Shown one piece after another: positions 9,892 to 18,644 of a stretch of DNA of 64,000 nucleotides (within the stretch, counting starts at the first letter, position 1; every line of letters begins with the position of its first letter). Origin of the DNA: an uncultured Clostridia bacterium (GTDB taxonomy: Bacteria > Bacillota > Clostridia > Christensenellales > UBA1242); assembly GCA_944381135.1 (NCBI GenBank), contig CALWJY010000001.1:90595-154594 (forward strand), in the 5' to 3' direction. The position numbers and the translations under genes were made by a program. The notes beneath the pieces are model-generated. The model did no database searches and was not told where the DNA came from. It saw only the letters and a list, made by a program, of their open reading frames with translations.

Positions 9892-10158
9892 GCTGGGAGG
9901 TTGTTTTGTTGTGACTTGACCGACTGCCTCACAGACTTCAAACTCCACCAAAGCTTCCTCATGGCACATCAACAAATCTTCTTAGTGATGCTTCCGTCAG
10001 GATCTGACACGGTTCGAAGGAGCCAATTGCATGAGACCTTGATTTCAACATCCGAAATCCATGCACATATTCGACCAAACCACACCGAGACAACTGATCA
10101 ACCCTGCTGTAGCGGATTGCAGGTTACAGGGCACCGCTAACTCCCCATCTATCCCAGC
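9892..10158 (-). ncRNA. ffs: signal recognition particle RNA, large Bacillus-type (scRNA) with Alu domain
   Basis: The minus strand reads GCUGGGAUAGAUGGGGAGUUAGCGGUGCCCUGUAACCUGCAAUCCGCUACAGCAGGG (Alu-domain motif) and GUGUCAGAUCCUGACGGAAGCAUCACUAAG (helix-8 GGAAGCA motif). The 5' GCUGGGA pairs with the 3' UCCCAGC. About 267 nt, locally GC-richer than its flanks. Confidence 0.9.
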
Positions 10159-10164
10159 AAAGCA

Positions 10165-10194
10165 ATTATATCAAAAGCGCCATATGTTTGTCAA
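10165..10194 (-). promoter_or_regulatory. sigmaA promoter of the SRP RNA
   Basis: Minus strand: TTGACA, 18-nt spacer, TGaTATAAT. The predicted +1 falls on G of GCUGGGA at 10158. Confidence 0.75.
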
Positions 10195-10265
10195 GAAATT
10201 TTAAAGCAAAACAATTTGGCGCTTTTTTGCGTTTTTTCGCTTTGATTTTTGTGTTTATTTATGTA

Positions 10266-10303
10266 TTGCTTTTCATTGATTTTTTTCAATGAAAAGCAAT
10301 TTT
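10266..10303 (+). terminator. strong orphan hairpin with T-tract upstream of spoIIIAA
   Basis: TTGCTTTTCATTGA-tttttt-TCAATGAAAAGCAA perfect 14-bp stem followed by TTTT. No plus-strand gene lies upstream of it. Confidence 0.6.
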
Positions 10304-10418
10304 GTTGCGCATACTTTCGCAAAACTCCTTGAAAAAAATTTGACTTGACAAAAAGTGATGTTTTAAGACAATATTTCACATTTTCACCTAATGACTTGCA
10401 TCATACATTTTTTTTGAG

Positions 10419-11324
10419 GTGGCATTTATGCTTGAAAAAATCCTTCCTGAAAAATTCCATAAAATTTTGACTGAAAAAGTCAACATGAGGGCGGTCAACG
10501 AAATTCGATTGCGCGCCGACAGGCCTGTTGTTGTGAATGTCAGTGGAAAGACATTTTTTCTTTCTGAAAATGGGGTGACAAGCAATGTCAAAAACAGCCT
10601 ATATGCCAGCAAAATTATGATTGAAGATGTCATTTTTCGGGCAAGCGAGTGCTCAATCTATTCCGTGAACGAACAAATCAAGAAAGGGTTCATCATCACT
10701 GACGAGGCAGTGAGAATTGGCATTGGTGGAAATTTGATTGAAGAAAATGGACACATCAAAACAATGACCAATTTCACAAGTTGCAACATCCGTGTGCCTC
10801 ATGTTGTCAAAAATTGTTCTTTGACTGCATTTCCATTTATGATGACAGATGGACATGTTGAAAACACGCTTGTCATCAGTCCGCCGGGGTGCGGAAAGAC
10901 AACATTTTTGCGAGATTTTGTCTATCAACTTTCAGAAAGGAACTTGCCTCTCAATGTTTTGCTTCTTGACGAGCGCGGAGAGTTGGACACAGGGATAAAC
11001 TCCAAATTCACTGACCGAATTGCTTTTTCGACAAAGAAAGTCGGCTTTGAAAATGGCATACGCTCGCTTTCGCCAGACATCATTGTCACGGACGAAATTG
11101 GACAAGAAGAGGATGTTGAGGCAATTCAATATGCCGGACTTTGCGGGGTGAGTGTGCTTGCTTCAACTCATGCGGACAGCATGGAAACATTCATGGCAAA
11201 ACCACTTTTTCAAGACATCATCAAGGCAAGAATTTTCAAAAGATATGTCCTCTTGTCAAAGCGAAATGGACCAGGAACCTTTGAAGGAATCTATAACGAA
11301 AAGTTTGGAAGAATTTATGGATGA
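10419..11324 (+). CDS. spoIIIAA: stage III sporulation protein AA (ATPase)
   Basis: Walker A SPPGCGKTTFLRD, Walker B IIVTDEIG. First gene of an AA-AH series. Confidence 0.9.
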   Translation: MAFMLEKILPEKFHKILTEKVNMRAVNEIRLRADRPVVVNVSGKTFFLSENGVTSNVKNSLYASKIMIEDVIFRASECSIYSVNEQIKKGFIITDEAVRIGIGGNLIEENGHIKTMTNFTSCNIRVPHVVKNCSLTAFPFMMTDGHVENTLVISPPGCGKTTFLRDFVYQLSERNLPLNVLLLDERGELDTGINSKFTDRIAFSTKKVGFENGIRSLSPDIIVTDEIGQEEDVEAIQYAGLCGVSVLASTHADSMETFMAKPLFQDIIKARIFKRYVLLSKRNGPGTFEGIYNEKFGRIYG

Positions 11325-11480
11325 TTTATGGAAGATTTTTATATGATTTTAGTAGAATTTTTATATTATTTACGGAAGAACTTTTATATGATTCACAGAT
11401 GAATTTATGGATGCATTTTTCAAAATGACAAAAACTGAGTTGACGAGTCAACCAAATTTTGAGAGATTGGAGGAGAATTT

Positions 11481-11975
11481 ATGAGATATGTTTTGATTGT
11501 TTTTGTTTTCTTTTTGTGTTGCTTTTTGGGATATTTTTTCTCAATAAAATATCTCAAGCGAAAAAAGTTTTTCACATCAATCATTCTTTTGGCGGACAAA
11601 CTTTCGCTTGAAATCAATTTTTCGCGCGAAAGGTTGAAAGTGCTTTTGGAAAATTTTGACAGCACAAACAGAAAAAATTTGCTTGGAATTGACGAAAGAT
11701 TCATTGCATATTTGGACAGAAAGTGCGAACTGACAAGCGAAGAAATTTTCAAGAAAGCGGACTGTCTTAAACAAGAAGAAAAAGATTTCATTCTTCTTTT
11801 CTTGAAAACTCTTGGGCGAAGCGATGTTGAAAATCAAACCAAAGAAATTCAAAGTTTCATATCTCGTTTTGACGAACTTAAAATGCAATGTGACGCCGAG
11901 CAAAAGAAGTATGGTGCGCTGTCTGTGAAACTTGGAATCATTGCAGGGCTTTTTTGTGTCATTTTGATGATTTGA
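11481..11975 (+). CDS. spoIIIAB: stage III sporulation protein AB
   Basis: 164 aa with N- and C-terminal TM helices. Position and size match SpoIIIAB. Confidence 0.8.
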   Translation: MRYVLIVFVFFLCCFLGYFFSIKYLKRKKFFTSIILLADKLSLEINFSRERLKVLLENFDSTNRKNLLGIDERFIAYLDRKCELTSEEIFKKADCLKQEEKDFILLFLKTLGRSDVENQTKEIQSFISRFDELKMQCDAEQKKYGALSVKLGIIAGLFCVILMI

Positions 11976-12172
11976 TTTTGCAGTTTGTCATTTTGACAAT
12001 TTGATTTTTTAGTCAGAAACTTGAAAGATTTGAAACTTGTTTAAGCCAATCAGAAATCAAATTAATCAATCCGGGATCAATTTTTAATCAGAACAAAAAC
12101 AACTTTAAACAATTTTAACATGCAACTTTAAAGCAAAAAATGAAAGGTTTAAAACGAAAGCAAGGAGGGTCT

Positions 12173-12385
12173 ATGGATGTTGACATCATCTTCAAAATTG
12201 CCGCAATTGGAATTTTGACGGCGGTTGTCAGTCAAATTTTGAAAAACAGCGGAAAAGAGGACATCTCAACTTTGGCAACTCTTGCTGGAGTTGTGATTGT
12301 TCTTTTTATGGTTTTAAGCATGATTGGTGACCTTTTCTCAAACATACGCACAATGTTCAACTTCACTCTTCTGCCCATGCTTTAG
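12173..12385 (+). CDS. spoIIIAC: stage III sporulation protein AC
   Basis: MDVDIIFKIAAIGILTAVVSQILKNSGKEDISTLATLAGVVIVL is a typical small 2-TM SpoIIIAC. ATG at 12173 follows AAGGAGGG. Confidence 0.85.
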   Translation: MDVDIIFKIAAIGILTAVVSQILKNSGKEDISTLATLAGVVIVLFMVLSMIGDLFSNIRTMFNFTLLPML

Positions 12386-12559
12386 GAAAATCAAATTCAC
12401 CGCTCTTGAAGGTGAGGGAGATAATCAAAATTCATAGTCAAGAAGATGAGAATGAAACAATCAAAATAGTCATTATGATAAATCCCGCAATCAAAGATAT
12501 CGCCTAATGCAACTTTTTTTGAGCATTCATTGCAATTTCAAACTTAAAAGGAGGAGGGA

Positions 12560-12952
12560 ATGGACGTTTTCTATAAAATCATTGGCGTTGCCATTGTCAC
12601 TTGCATTGCCTTTCTTGTTGTCAAACCAATTCGCTCTGACTTTGCAATCATAATTTCAATTGTGGGCGGTGTGGTGATTGTTTTCTTTCTGCTTTCTTAT
12701 CTATCGGACATTTTCGATGTTTTCAACACCATTTTCACGACATCTGGAGTCAATTCTTCGCTGTATGGTGTCATCTTCAAAATCATCGGAATTGGCTATC
12801 TCACCGATTTCACCGCAAGCATATGTAGCGACACGGGAAATTCTGGGTTAGGTGACAAAGTGCTTCTTGGAGGAAAAATCATAATTCTGGTCATGGCTCT
12901 TCCAATTGTGACCAGCATTCTTGACATTGTCATGGAACTTCTGCCCTCATGA
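12560..12952 (+). CDS. spoIIIAD: stage III sporulation protein AD
   Basis: 130-aa polytopic membrane protein following AC. AAGGAGGAGGG RBS. Confidence 0.85.
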   Translation: MDVFYKIIGVAIVTCIAFLVVKPIRSDFAIIISIVGGVVIVFFLLSYLSDIFDVFNTIFTTSGVNSSLYGVIFKIIGIGYLTDFTASICSDTGNSGLGDKVLLGGKIIILVMALPIVTSILDIVMELLPS

Positions 12953-14337
12953 TACGCCAACTTTTTCGACCTCCGAAAAGGAAGAGCGGGAGGAAGAGCA
13001 AAGCGCCATTTGTTGTCATTTTGTTGATTTTTGTTTCATGTTTCTATGGGCGTTTTGACATCACACAGGGTTTTGTGCCGAATGTTGCCTATGCCGAAAC
13101 AAGCGCTGTTGAAGCATATGGGCGCACAAATTCACAATCAACAACTCAAAATGGCGAAAATGCCAATCAGAATGATGGAAATGCCAAAATCTCAACTCAA
13201 GCAGACGAAAATGGACAAGAACAAGATGAAGAAATTTCAGACATTGAACAAGCGCTTGAGGAAGAAGTTGGAAATCAAATTGACGACTTAGATTTCAGTG
13301 CTGTTGAACAAATCATTGCAAACCTAAGCACAAGTGCGAAACAACTTTTTGCCTCCAATTCGTTTGTGAACAAGGTGGAACTTATCATTTCGGGCGACTA
13401 TATTGAAAACTCTCAAAGTTTCTTTGCTTCAATCATGTCACTTTTTTGGGAGGGTTTGAAAGGTTTTCTTCCGCTGATTGCTGGCATAATTTCGGTTGCA
13501 ATTTTGGGCGGAATGGTGGCAAACTTGAAGCCTGTGACAAATGGAAAGTCCATTGGAAACATTGTCCACTTTGTCACATATGGCGTTGTCATCATCTTTC
13601 TTGGAACATCTCTTGTGCAAATCATTGGTACAACATCCACAACACTGAACACGATTAAGGGGCTTTTTGACGGAATTTTTCCAATTTTGTTGACACTTCT
13701 CACTGCTGTTGGTGGGACAGTTTCGGTGGGAATCTATCAGCCAGCAATTGCACTGATAAGCGAAATCATCGTCATACTGATAACCTACATTCTTCTTCCA
13801 CTTTTCATCTTTTCCATTGTGTTTTCGGTGGTTGGCAACCTTTCAAACAATGTGAAATTGGACAAATTTGTCTCTTTTCTTCAAGGTGCTTTCAAGTGGG
13901 CAATTGGACTTTGTTTCACAATTTTTCTCGGATTTGTCAGCATTCAAGGCATAATGGCAGGGTCGGTTGACGGGCTTTCAATCAGAACAGCAAAATATGC
14001 CATCAAAAGTTATGTGCCAATTGTGGGCGGATATGTTTCAGACGGGCTTTCCATCATCATGGCAAGCAGTGTGCTGATTAAAAATGCGATTGGTGGGGTT
14101 GGACTTTTCTTGCTTCTTGCCACAGTGGTTTCGCCGGTGATTAACCTTGTGCTTTTCATTTTGGCGCTCAAGTTTATGGCGGGCATAATTGAACCGATTG
14201 GCGACAAAAAAATTGCCAACTTTATGAGTGACATATCCAAAAGCCTTTCACTTCTTGTGGCACTCCTTGTGGCGGTTTCGTTTATGTATTTGGTGTTGAC
14301 AGGGCTGATTATGTGCAGTGCCAATTTGGTGTTTTAG
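12949..14337 (+). CDS. spoIIIAE: stage III sporulation protein AE
   Basis: 462-aa protein with signal/TM segment, Q/N/E-rich linker and a multi-TM C-terminal domain. Overlaps the AD stop. Confidence 0.85.
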   Translation: MIRQLFRPPKRKSGRKSKAPFVVILLIFVSCFYGRFDITQGFVPNVAYAETSAVEAYGRTNSQSTTQNGENANQNDGNAKISTQADENGQEQDEEISDIEQALEEEVGNQIDDLDFSAVEQIIANLSTSAKQLFASNSFVNKVELIISGDYIENSQSFFASIMSLFWEGLKGFLPLIAGIISVAILGGMVANLKPVTNGKSIGNIVHFVTYGVVIIFLGTSLVQIIGTTSTTLNTIKGLFDGIFPILLTLLTAVGGTVSVGIYQPAIALISEIIVILITYILLPLFIFSIVFSVVGNLSNNVKLDKFVSFLQGAFKWAIGLCFTIFLGFVSIQGIMAGSVDGLSIRTAKYAIKSYVPIVGGYVSDGLSIIMASSVLIKNAIGGVGLFLLLATVVSPVINLVLFILALKFMAGIIEPIGDKKIANFMSDISKSLSLLVALLVAVSFMYLVLTGLIMCSANLVF

Positions 14338-14384
14338 GCGAGGCGGAACGGGAAAGGTCTAACTGAGGAAAACGGAAATTAAAA

Positions 14385-14523
14385 AACTTTGAAGAATGGT
14401 TGAAAATTTATAAGAACACATGAAAATATTGAAGAACAAACTTAAAACCTTTAAAAACAAATGGAAAGCCTTTGAGACAAATGAAAACATTGAAGAACAT
14501 TTGAAAAATCCTTTAAGAAGAAG
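14385..14523 (+). repeat. about seven degenerate tandem copies of a ~20-nt unit (AAAAnnTTGAAGAACAnnnn)
   Basis: For example atgaaaatattgaagaaca (about 14420) and atgaaaacattgaagaaca (about 14480). The array fills the spoIIIAE-AF spacer. Confidence 0.7.
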
Positions 14524-14598
14524 TAAAAAAGCAAATGAAATTTGTTTTAAGTTGCAAGTTTGAAAAACTTAGAGTTTTCAAAACAAAAGGAGTTTTGT

Positions 14599-15096
14599 AT
14601 GTCAGGTGTTTCATCATGGCTTCTTGGCATTGCGGGTGTGGTGATTCTTTCTGTGCTTGCCGAACTTGTGTTGCCAGACGGGCAAATCAACAAATACATC
14701 AAAGTGATTTTCTCGTTTATGATTTTGCTTGTCATCATTGCACCGCTTCCCGGGCTTTTTGGAAAGGAATATGATTTCAACAAGTTTTTCGGCGGAGAAA
14801 GCACCGAACTTCAAGAGGACTTTGTCTATCAAAATAACTTAGACAAATTGACCGCGCTCACGGAGGACATAACTTCAAACATTGAAAGTGCAGGTTTGAA
14901 AAATGTGGAGATTTCCATAAATGCCAACATACTTTCAGAGGTTTTTGAAGTCAAAAGCATCTATGTCGATTTAAGCAAAATGCAATATGATGCAAATTTT
15001 GAAAACAAAACCATTGACAATGCAAAACAAACCATTGAAAAAATCATTCATAATTTTTCCATTTTGGAAGATGTGGAGGTCACTTTCAGCCAATAG
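14599..15096 (+). CDS. spoIIIAF: stage III sporulation protein AF
   Basis: MSGVSSWLLGIAGVVILSVLAELVLPDG matches the SpoIIIAF N-terminus. ATG at 14599 follows AAAAGGAG. Confidence 0.8.
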   Translation: MSGVSSWLLGIAGVVILSVLAELVLPDGQINKYIKVIFSFMILLVIIAPLPGLFGKEYDFNKFFGGESTELQEDFVYQNNLDKLTALTEDITSNIESAGLKNVEISINANILSEVFEVKSIYVDLSKMQYDANFENKTIDNAKQTIEKIIHNFSILEDVEVTFSQ

Positions 15097-15216
15097 GTAA
15101 ACGAGTTTTTTTTGAATTGAAATTCCGCTTGAAAATATGGTGCCATTAAATTTTGAACAGAAATTTGAAAAAGAGAAATTGATTAAATCTAAATTAAAAT
15201 AAGGGAGGAAAAAATT

Positions 15217-15735
15217 ATGAGCAAAATGAAAGATGTTTGGGAAAAGTTTAAAAACATCAAACACATTCAAATCGTTTGTGCGGTGGTGGTGGCGCTTGTG
15301 TTGTGCGTGGCATATTTCGCGCTTTGGGGTGGCTCAAAGGATGACAGCAAAGCCGAAAATTCGACAGAAGAATTCTCTTCGGCAGAGGAATATGTGAGCA
15401 GTCTTGAGAATAAGTTATGTAATGTATTGTCCAAGATTTCAGGCGTTGGCGAGGTGAGCGTGGTCATCACACTTGAAAGTGGTTTCACCTTTGAATATGC
15501 CACAGACAAAGAAACAAACACAGTTGTTTCCGGCGGGACTGAGACAAGCATAACAACCGAAACAGTCATTTTGGTTTCTGGCGAACCCGTTGTGATTAAA
15601 CAAAATTATCCTGTGATAAAGGGGGTGGTGATTGTTGCCAAAGGTGCGGAAAATTTCAGTGTGAAAATGGACATCCTCTCTGCCACTCAAACTGCTTTGC
15701 AAGTTGACCAACAAAACATCACAATCTTGGCATGA
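15217..15735 (+). CDS. spoIIIAG: stage III sporulation protein AG
   Basis: N-terminal TM, then GVGEVSVVITLESG...VIKGVVIVAKGA, the characteristic AG C-terminal domain. Confidence 0.8.
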   Translation: MSKMKDVWEKFKNIKHIQIVCAVVVALVLCVAYFALWGGSKDDSKAENSTEEFSSAEEYVSSLENKLCNVLSKISGVGEVSVVITLESGFTFEYATDKETNTVVSGGTETSITTETVILVSGEPVVIKQNYPVIKGVVIVAKGAENFSVKMDILSATQTALQVDQQNITILA

Positions 15736-15826
15736 CAACGGATGACTTCAAACTGTCTCATCGAAAATGCATAACCAAAGAAGACACAAATTTCGGGAAA
15801 TCTCAGAGAATTAAAAGGAGAATTAT

Positions 15827-16291
15827 ATGAAAAAGAGAACAAAAATCATCATCTTAACCCTCATGATTGTGCTTTTGGGAGTGACGGGATATTTAAACAT
15901 TGTGCTCAACAACTCGGTTCAAGAAACAAACACCAATGTTTCGACAAGTTATTTCACTTCCTATCGCAACGACCGTGAAAGCACTCGCGACCAAGAAATT
16001 TTGTATTATGACGCCATCATCGAAAGCGAAAGCTCAACAGAAGCTGCCATTGCTGCTGCAGAACAAGCAAAACTTGACCTCATTGAAATGATGGACAAAG
16101 AACTTGCCGTTGAAGGACTGATTAAAGCACAAGGCTTCACAGATTGCGTCATTGCAATTTCAGACACAAGTGTGAATGTGGTTGTGCAAGCAAGCACATT
16201 GACAGAAAACGAAGTTGCGCAAATTTCAACAATCGTCACAGAACAACTTGGAACAAGTTTGAGAAATATTTATGTAATGTTTGCTGAATGA
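15827..16291 (+). CDS. spoIIIAH: stage III sporulation protein AH-like
   Basis: N-terminal TM helix plus a small soluble domain. It is the last gene of the series, so the call rests mainly on position. Confidence 0.7.
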   Translation: MKKRTKIIILTLMIVLLGVTGYLNIVLNNSVQETNTNVSTSYFTSYRNDRESTRDQEILYYDAIIESESSTEAAIAAAEQAKLDLIEMMDKELAVEGLIKAQGFTDCVIAISDTSVNVVVQASTLTENEVAQISTIVTEQLGTSLRNIYVMFAE

Positions 16292-16349
16292 TTTGCAAAA
16301 AAAAATACAATGTGATAAAATGGCTTTAGAAAACATAAGGAGACAGTTT

Positions 16350-16715
16350 ATGGCAGAAAAAAACCAGCAAGGAAGTGGAAAAATCACTCTTGACCGCAAA
16401 ATTTTGGTGTCAATCATCAATCTTGCGGCAAAGGAAATCAGCGGTGTGGAAAGTGTGACAAACTCTGCAAGACCATGGATTAAAAAAGTTTTCAACCGCT
16501 ATGACGACGGCGTGGAAATCAAATTCGAGAAAAATGGTGCTTTGACTGTGGATGTATATCTCAATGTCTATATTGGCTACAGTGTGCCAGATGTGGCATA
16601 TCGCGTTCAAGAAAACATCAGAAATTCACTTGCAACAATGGTGGCACTCAAACCACTTAAAATCAACATCCATGTCATCAATGTGGATTGCGACACCGAG
16701 GTTCAAAATGCGTAA
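16350..16715 (+). CDS. Asp23/Gls24 family alkaline-shock protein
   Basis: GKITLDRKILVSIINLAAKEISGVESV...VDVYLNVYIGYSVPDVAYRVQENI. ATG at 16350 follows AAGGAG. Confidence 0.8.
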   Translation: MAEKNQQGSGKITLDRKILVSIINLAAKEISGVESVTNSARPWIKKVFNRYDDGVEIKFEKNGALTVDVYLNVYIGYSVPDVAYRVQENIRNSLATMVALKPLKINIHVINVDCDTEVQNA

Positions 16716-17094
16716 TGATGCCCGTGTGAATGCTTTTGCACTCATCTTTGAGGGGCTTTTCCACGAATGCGATGAAAAACTGACAGAAGAAAACCTCAAA
16801 CCTCTCAAAAAAGAAGAGGACAAGCAGTTTTTTGATGAAATCATGACCGCTTTTCATGCACACAAAGACGAAATGAAAAGTCAAATTGAGGCACACCTGA
16901 AAAACTTTTCTTTTGACAGGCTTTTCAAAATTGATTTGGCACTTGTGTTTTTGGCGCTGACTGAAATTGAATTTTGCGGAACGCCAAAAGCGGTGGCAAT
17001 CAATGAAACATTGGACCTTGCAAAAAAATACAGCACAGAAAAGTCGCACAAATTCATAAATGGTCTGATTTCTGCCATAATTAATGAAAAATGA
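16708..17094 (+). CDS. nusB: transcription antitermination factor NusB
   Basis: MRNDARVNAFALIFEG...AINETLDLAKKYSTEKSHKFINGLI. Overlaps the asp23 stop. Confidence 0.85.
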   Translation: MRNDARVNAFALIFEGLFHECDEKLTEENLKPLKKEEDKQFFDEIMTAFHAHKDEMKSQIEAHLKNFSFDRLFKIDLALVFLALTEIEFCGTPKAVAINETLDLAKKYSTEKSHKFINGLISAIINEK

Positions 17095-18275
17095 CAAACT
17101 ACACACTTTCAGTCACAAAATTCAACACAATTGTAAGAGACATTTTTAATGCAGAGGAACTTCTCCACAACATCAAAATTGTTGGAGAAGTTTTTGGCGT
17201 TTCAAATGCAAGAGGAGCAGTCTATTTTTCTCTTAAAGACGAGGAAAGCACACTTCCTTGCATTTCTTTTTCTGCAAGCATTTTAAGTGATGTGAAAGAG
17301 GGAGATCAAGTTGTTGTGACGGGTTCGCCAAACTTCTATGTGAAAGGCGGGCGCTTCAATTTCATTGTGTCAAAGGTTGAGCCCTATGGACAAGGAGTTT
17401 TGTTCCAAAGATTTCTCGAACTTAAAGAAAAACTTGAAAAAGAAGGGCTTTTTGATGTGGCTCACAAAAAACCAATTCCAAAAACCATCAAACGAATCGG
17501 TGTTGTCACATCGCGTGATGGCGCAGTCATCCAAGACATCAAAAACGTGACTTGGAGGCGAAATCCTGCCATCGACATTGTGCTCTATCACACCAAAGTG
17601 CAAGGAAAGGACGCGGAAATTGAAATTGCACAGGGCATCAACTTTTTTTCGGAATATGACGGAGTGGATGTGGTGATTGTGGCGCGCGGAGGTGGAAGTT
17701 TGGAAGATTTGTCGGCATACAACACCGAAGTTGTGGCGCGTGCAACCTATGCTTGCCAAAAACCAATCATTTCAGCGGTGGGGCATGAGACAGATTTCAC
17801 AATCATAGATTTTGTCAGTGATATGCGCGCACCAACACCAAGTGCGGCAGCAGAACTCATCTCGCGCGACACAAGTGGACTTACAGTCTCACTCAAGCGC
17901 GATGTTGTCAGACTTTCACGCCTTTTGGAAAACTTTATTGCAGACAAAAATTTGCAGTTTCAGGGGACAAAAAACATCCTCATGGACTTGATGGAAACAT
18001 ATGTCACAGACAGAAAACAACATTTGCAGAAATTGACACAAAACATATCTTCCAAACTCAACACATTCTTGATTGAGAAAGATTATGACTTAAAACTTAA
18101 AATTTCTGCGCTTTCCAAACACAATCCGCTTGACATTTTGCGTCTTGGATATGCTAAAATAGAGCAACAGGGCAAAACAATTGGAAAACTTAAAAATCTC
18201 AATCTTTCGCTTCCGATTGAAATCAATTTTGTTGACGGACAAATTGACATTGTTGCAGACAAAAAGAAACCATAA
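17091..18275 (+). CDS. xseA: exodeoxyribonuclease VII large subunit
   Basis: OB-fold N-terminus, RIGVVTSRDGAVIQDI and ARGGGSLEDL motifs. Confidence 0.9.
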   Translation: MTNYTLSVTKFNTIVRDIFNAEELLHNIKIVGEVFGVSNARGAVYFSLKDEESTLPCISFSASILSDVKEGDQVVVTGSPNFYVKGGRFNFIVSKVEPYGQGVLFQRFLELKEKLEKEGLFDVAHKKPIPKTIKRIGVVTSRDGAVIQDIKNVTWRRNPAIDIVLYHTKVQGKDAEIEIAQGINFFSEYDGVDVVIVARGGGSLEDLSAYNTEVVARATYACQKPIISAVGHETDFTIIDFVSDMRAPTPSAAAELISRDTSGLTVSLKRDVVRLSRLLENFIADKNLQFQGTKNILMDLMETYVTDRKQHLQKLTQNISSKLNTFLIEKDYDLKLKISALSKHNPLDILRLGYAKIEQQGKTIGKLKNLNLSLPIEINFVDGQIDIVADKKKP

Positions 18276-18440
18276 AAAATTCGAAAATTGCTGCAAAAAT
18301 TTTTTAGAAGTCGGAGAAACGAGAAAAAACAAGAAAAATAATTATGAAAAAAACAATAAGAAAGCATAATTAAATAATTAAGAAAAATTACAAAAAGCAA
18401 AATTTAAAAATTTCTGAAAAATTGAAATTAAGGAGAAAAC

Positions 18441-18644
18441 ATGAACTACGAAGACAGCATAAAGGAAATGGAAGAAATCATTGACAAACTTGAAAAAGGA
18501 AATTTGCCCTTGAAGGAGGCTCAGGCTCTTTTTGAGCGTGCAAGTGTGCTTGCCAAATTTTCTCAAGAAGAACTTTCCAAAACAACCGGAAAACTTTATG
18601 AAATCAAGAAAGAACTTGACAAAATTGGAGAGGAGGAAGTATGA
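18441..18644 (+). CDS. xseB: exodeoxyribonuclease VII small subunit
   Basis: YEDSIKEMEEIIDKLEKGNLPLKEAQALFERA is the typical XseB pattern. Confidence 0.85.
   Translation: MNYEDSIKEMEEIIDKLEKGNLPLKEAQALFERASVLAKFSQEELSKTTGKLYEIKKELDKIGEEEV

Noticed and set aside
10380-10418. SigmaE-type -10 (CATACAtT) just upstream of spoIIIAA.
   Set aside because: It sits about 10 nt from the RBS, so the transcript would start inside the Shine-Dalgarno. No properly spaced -35 (ATATT-type) was found.
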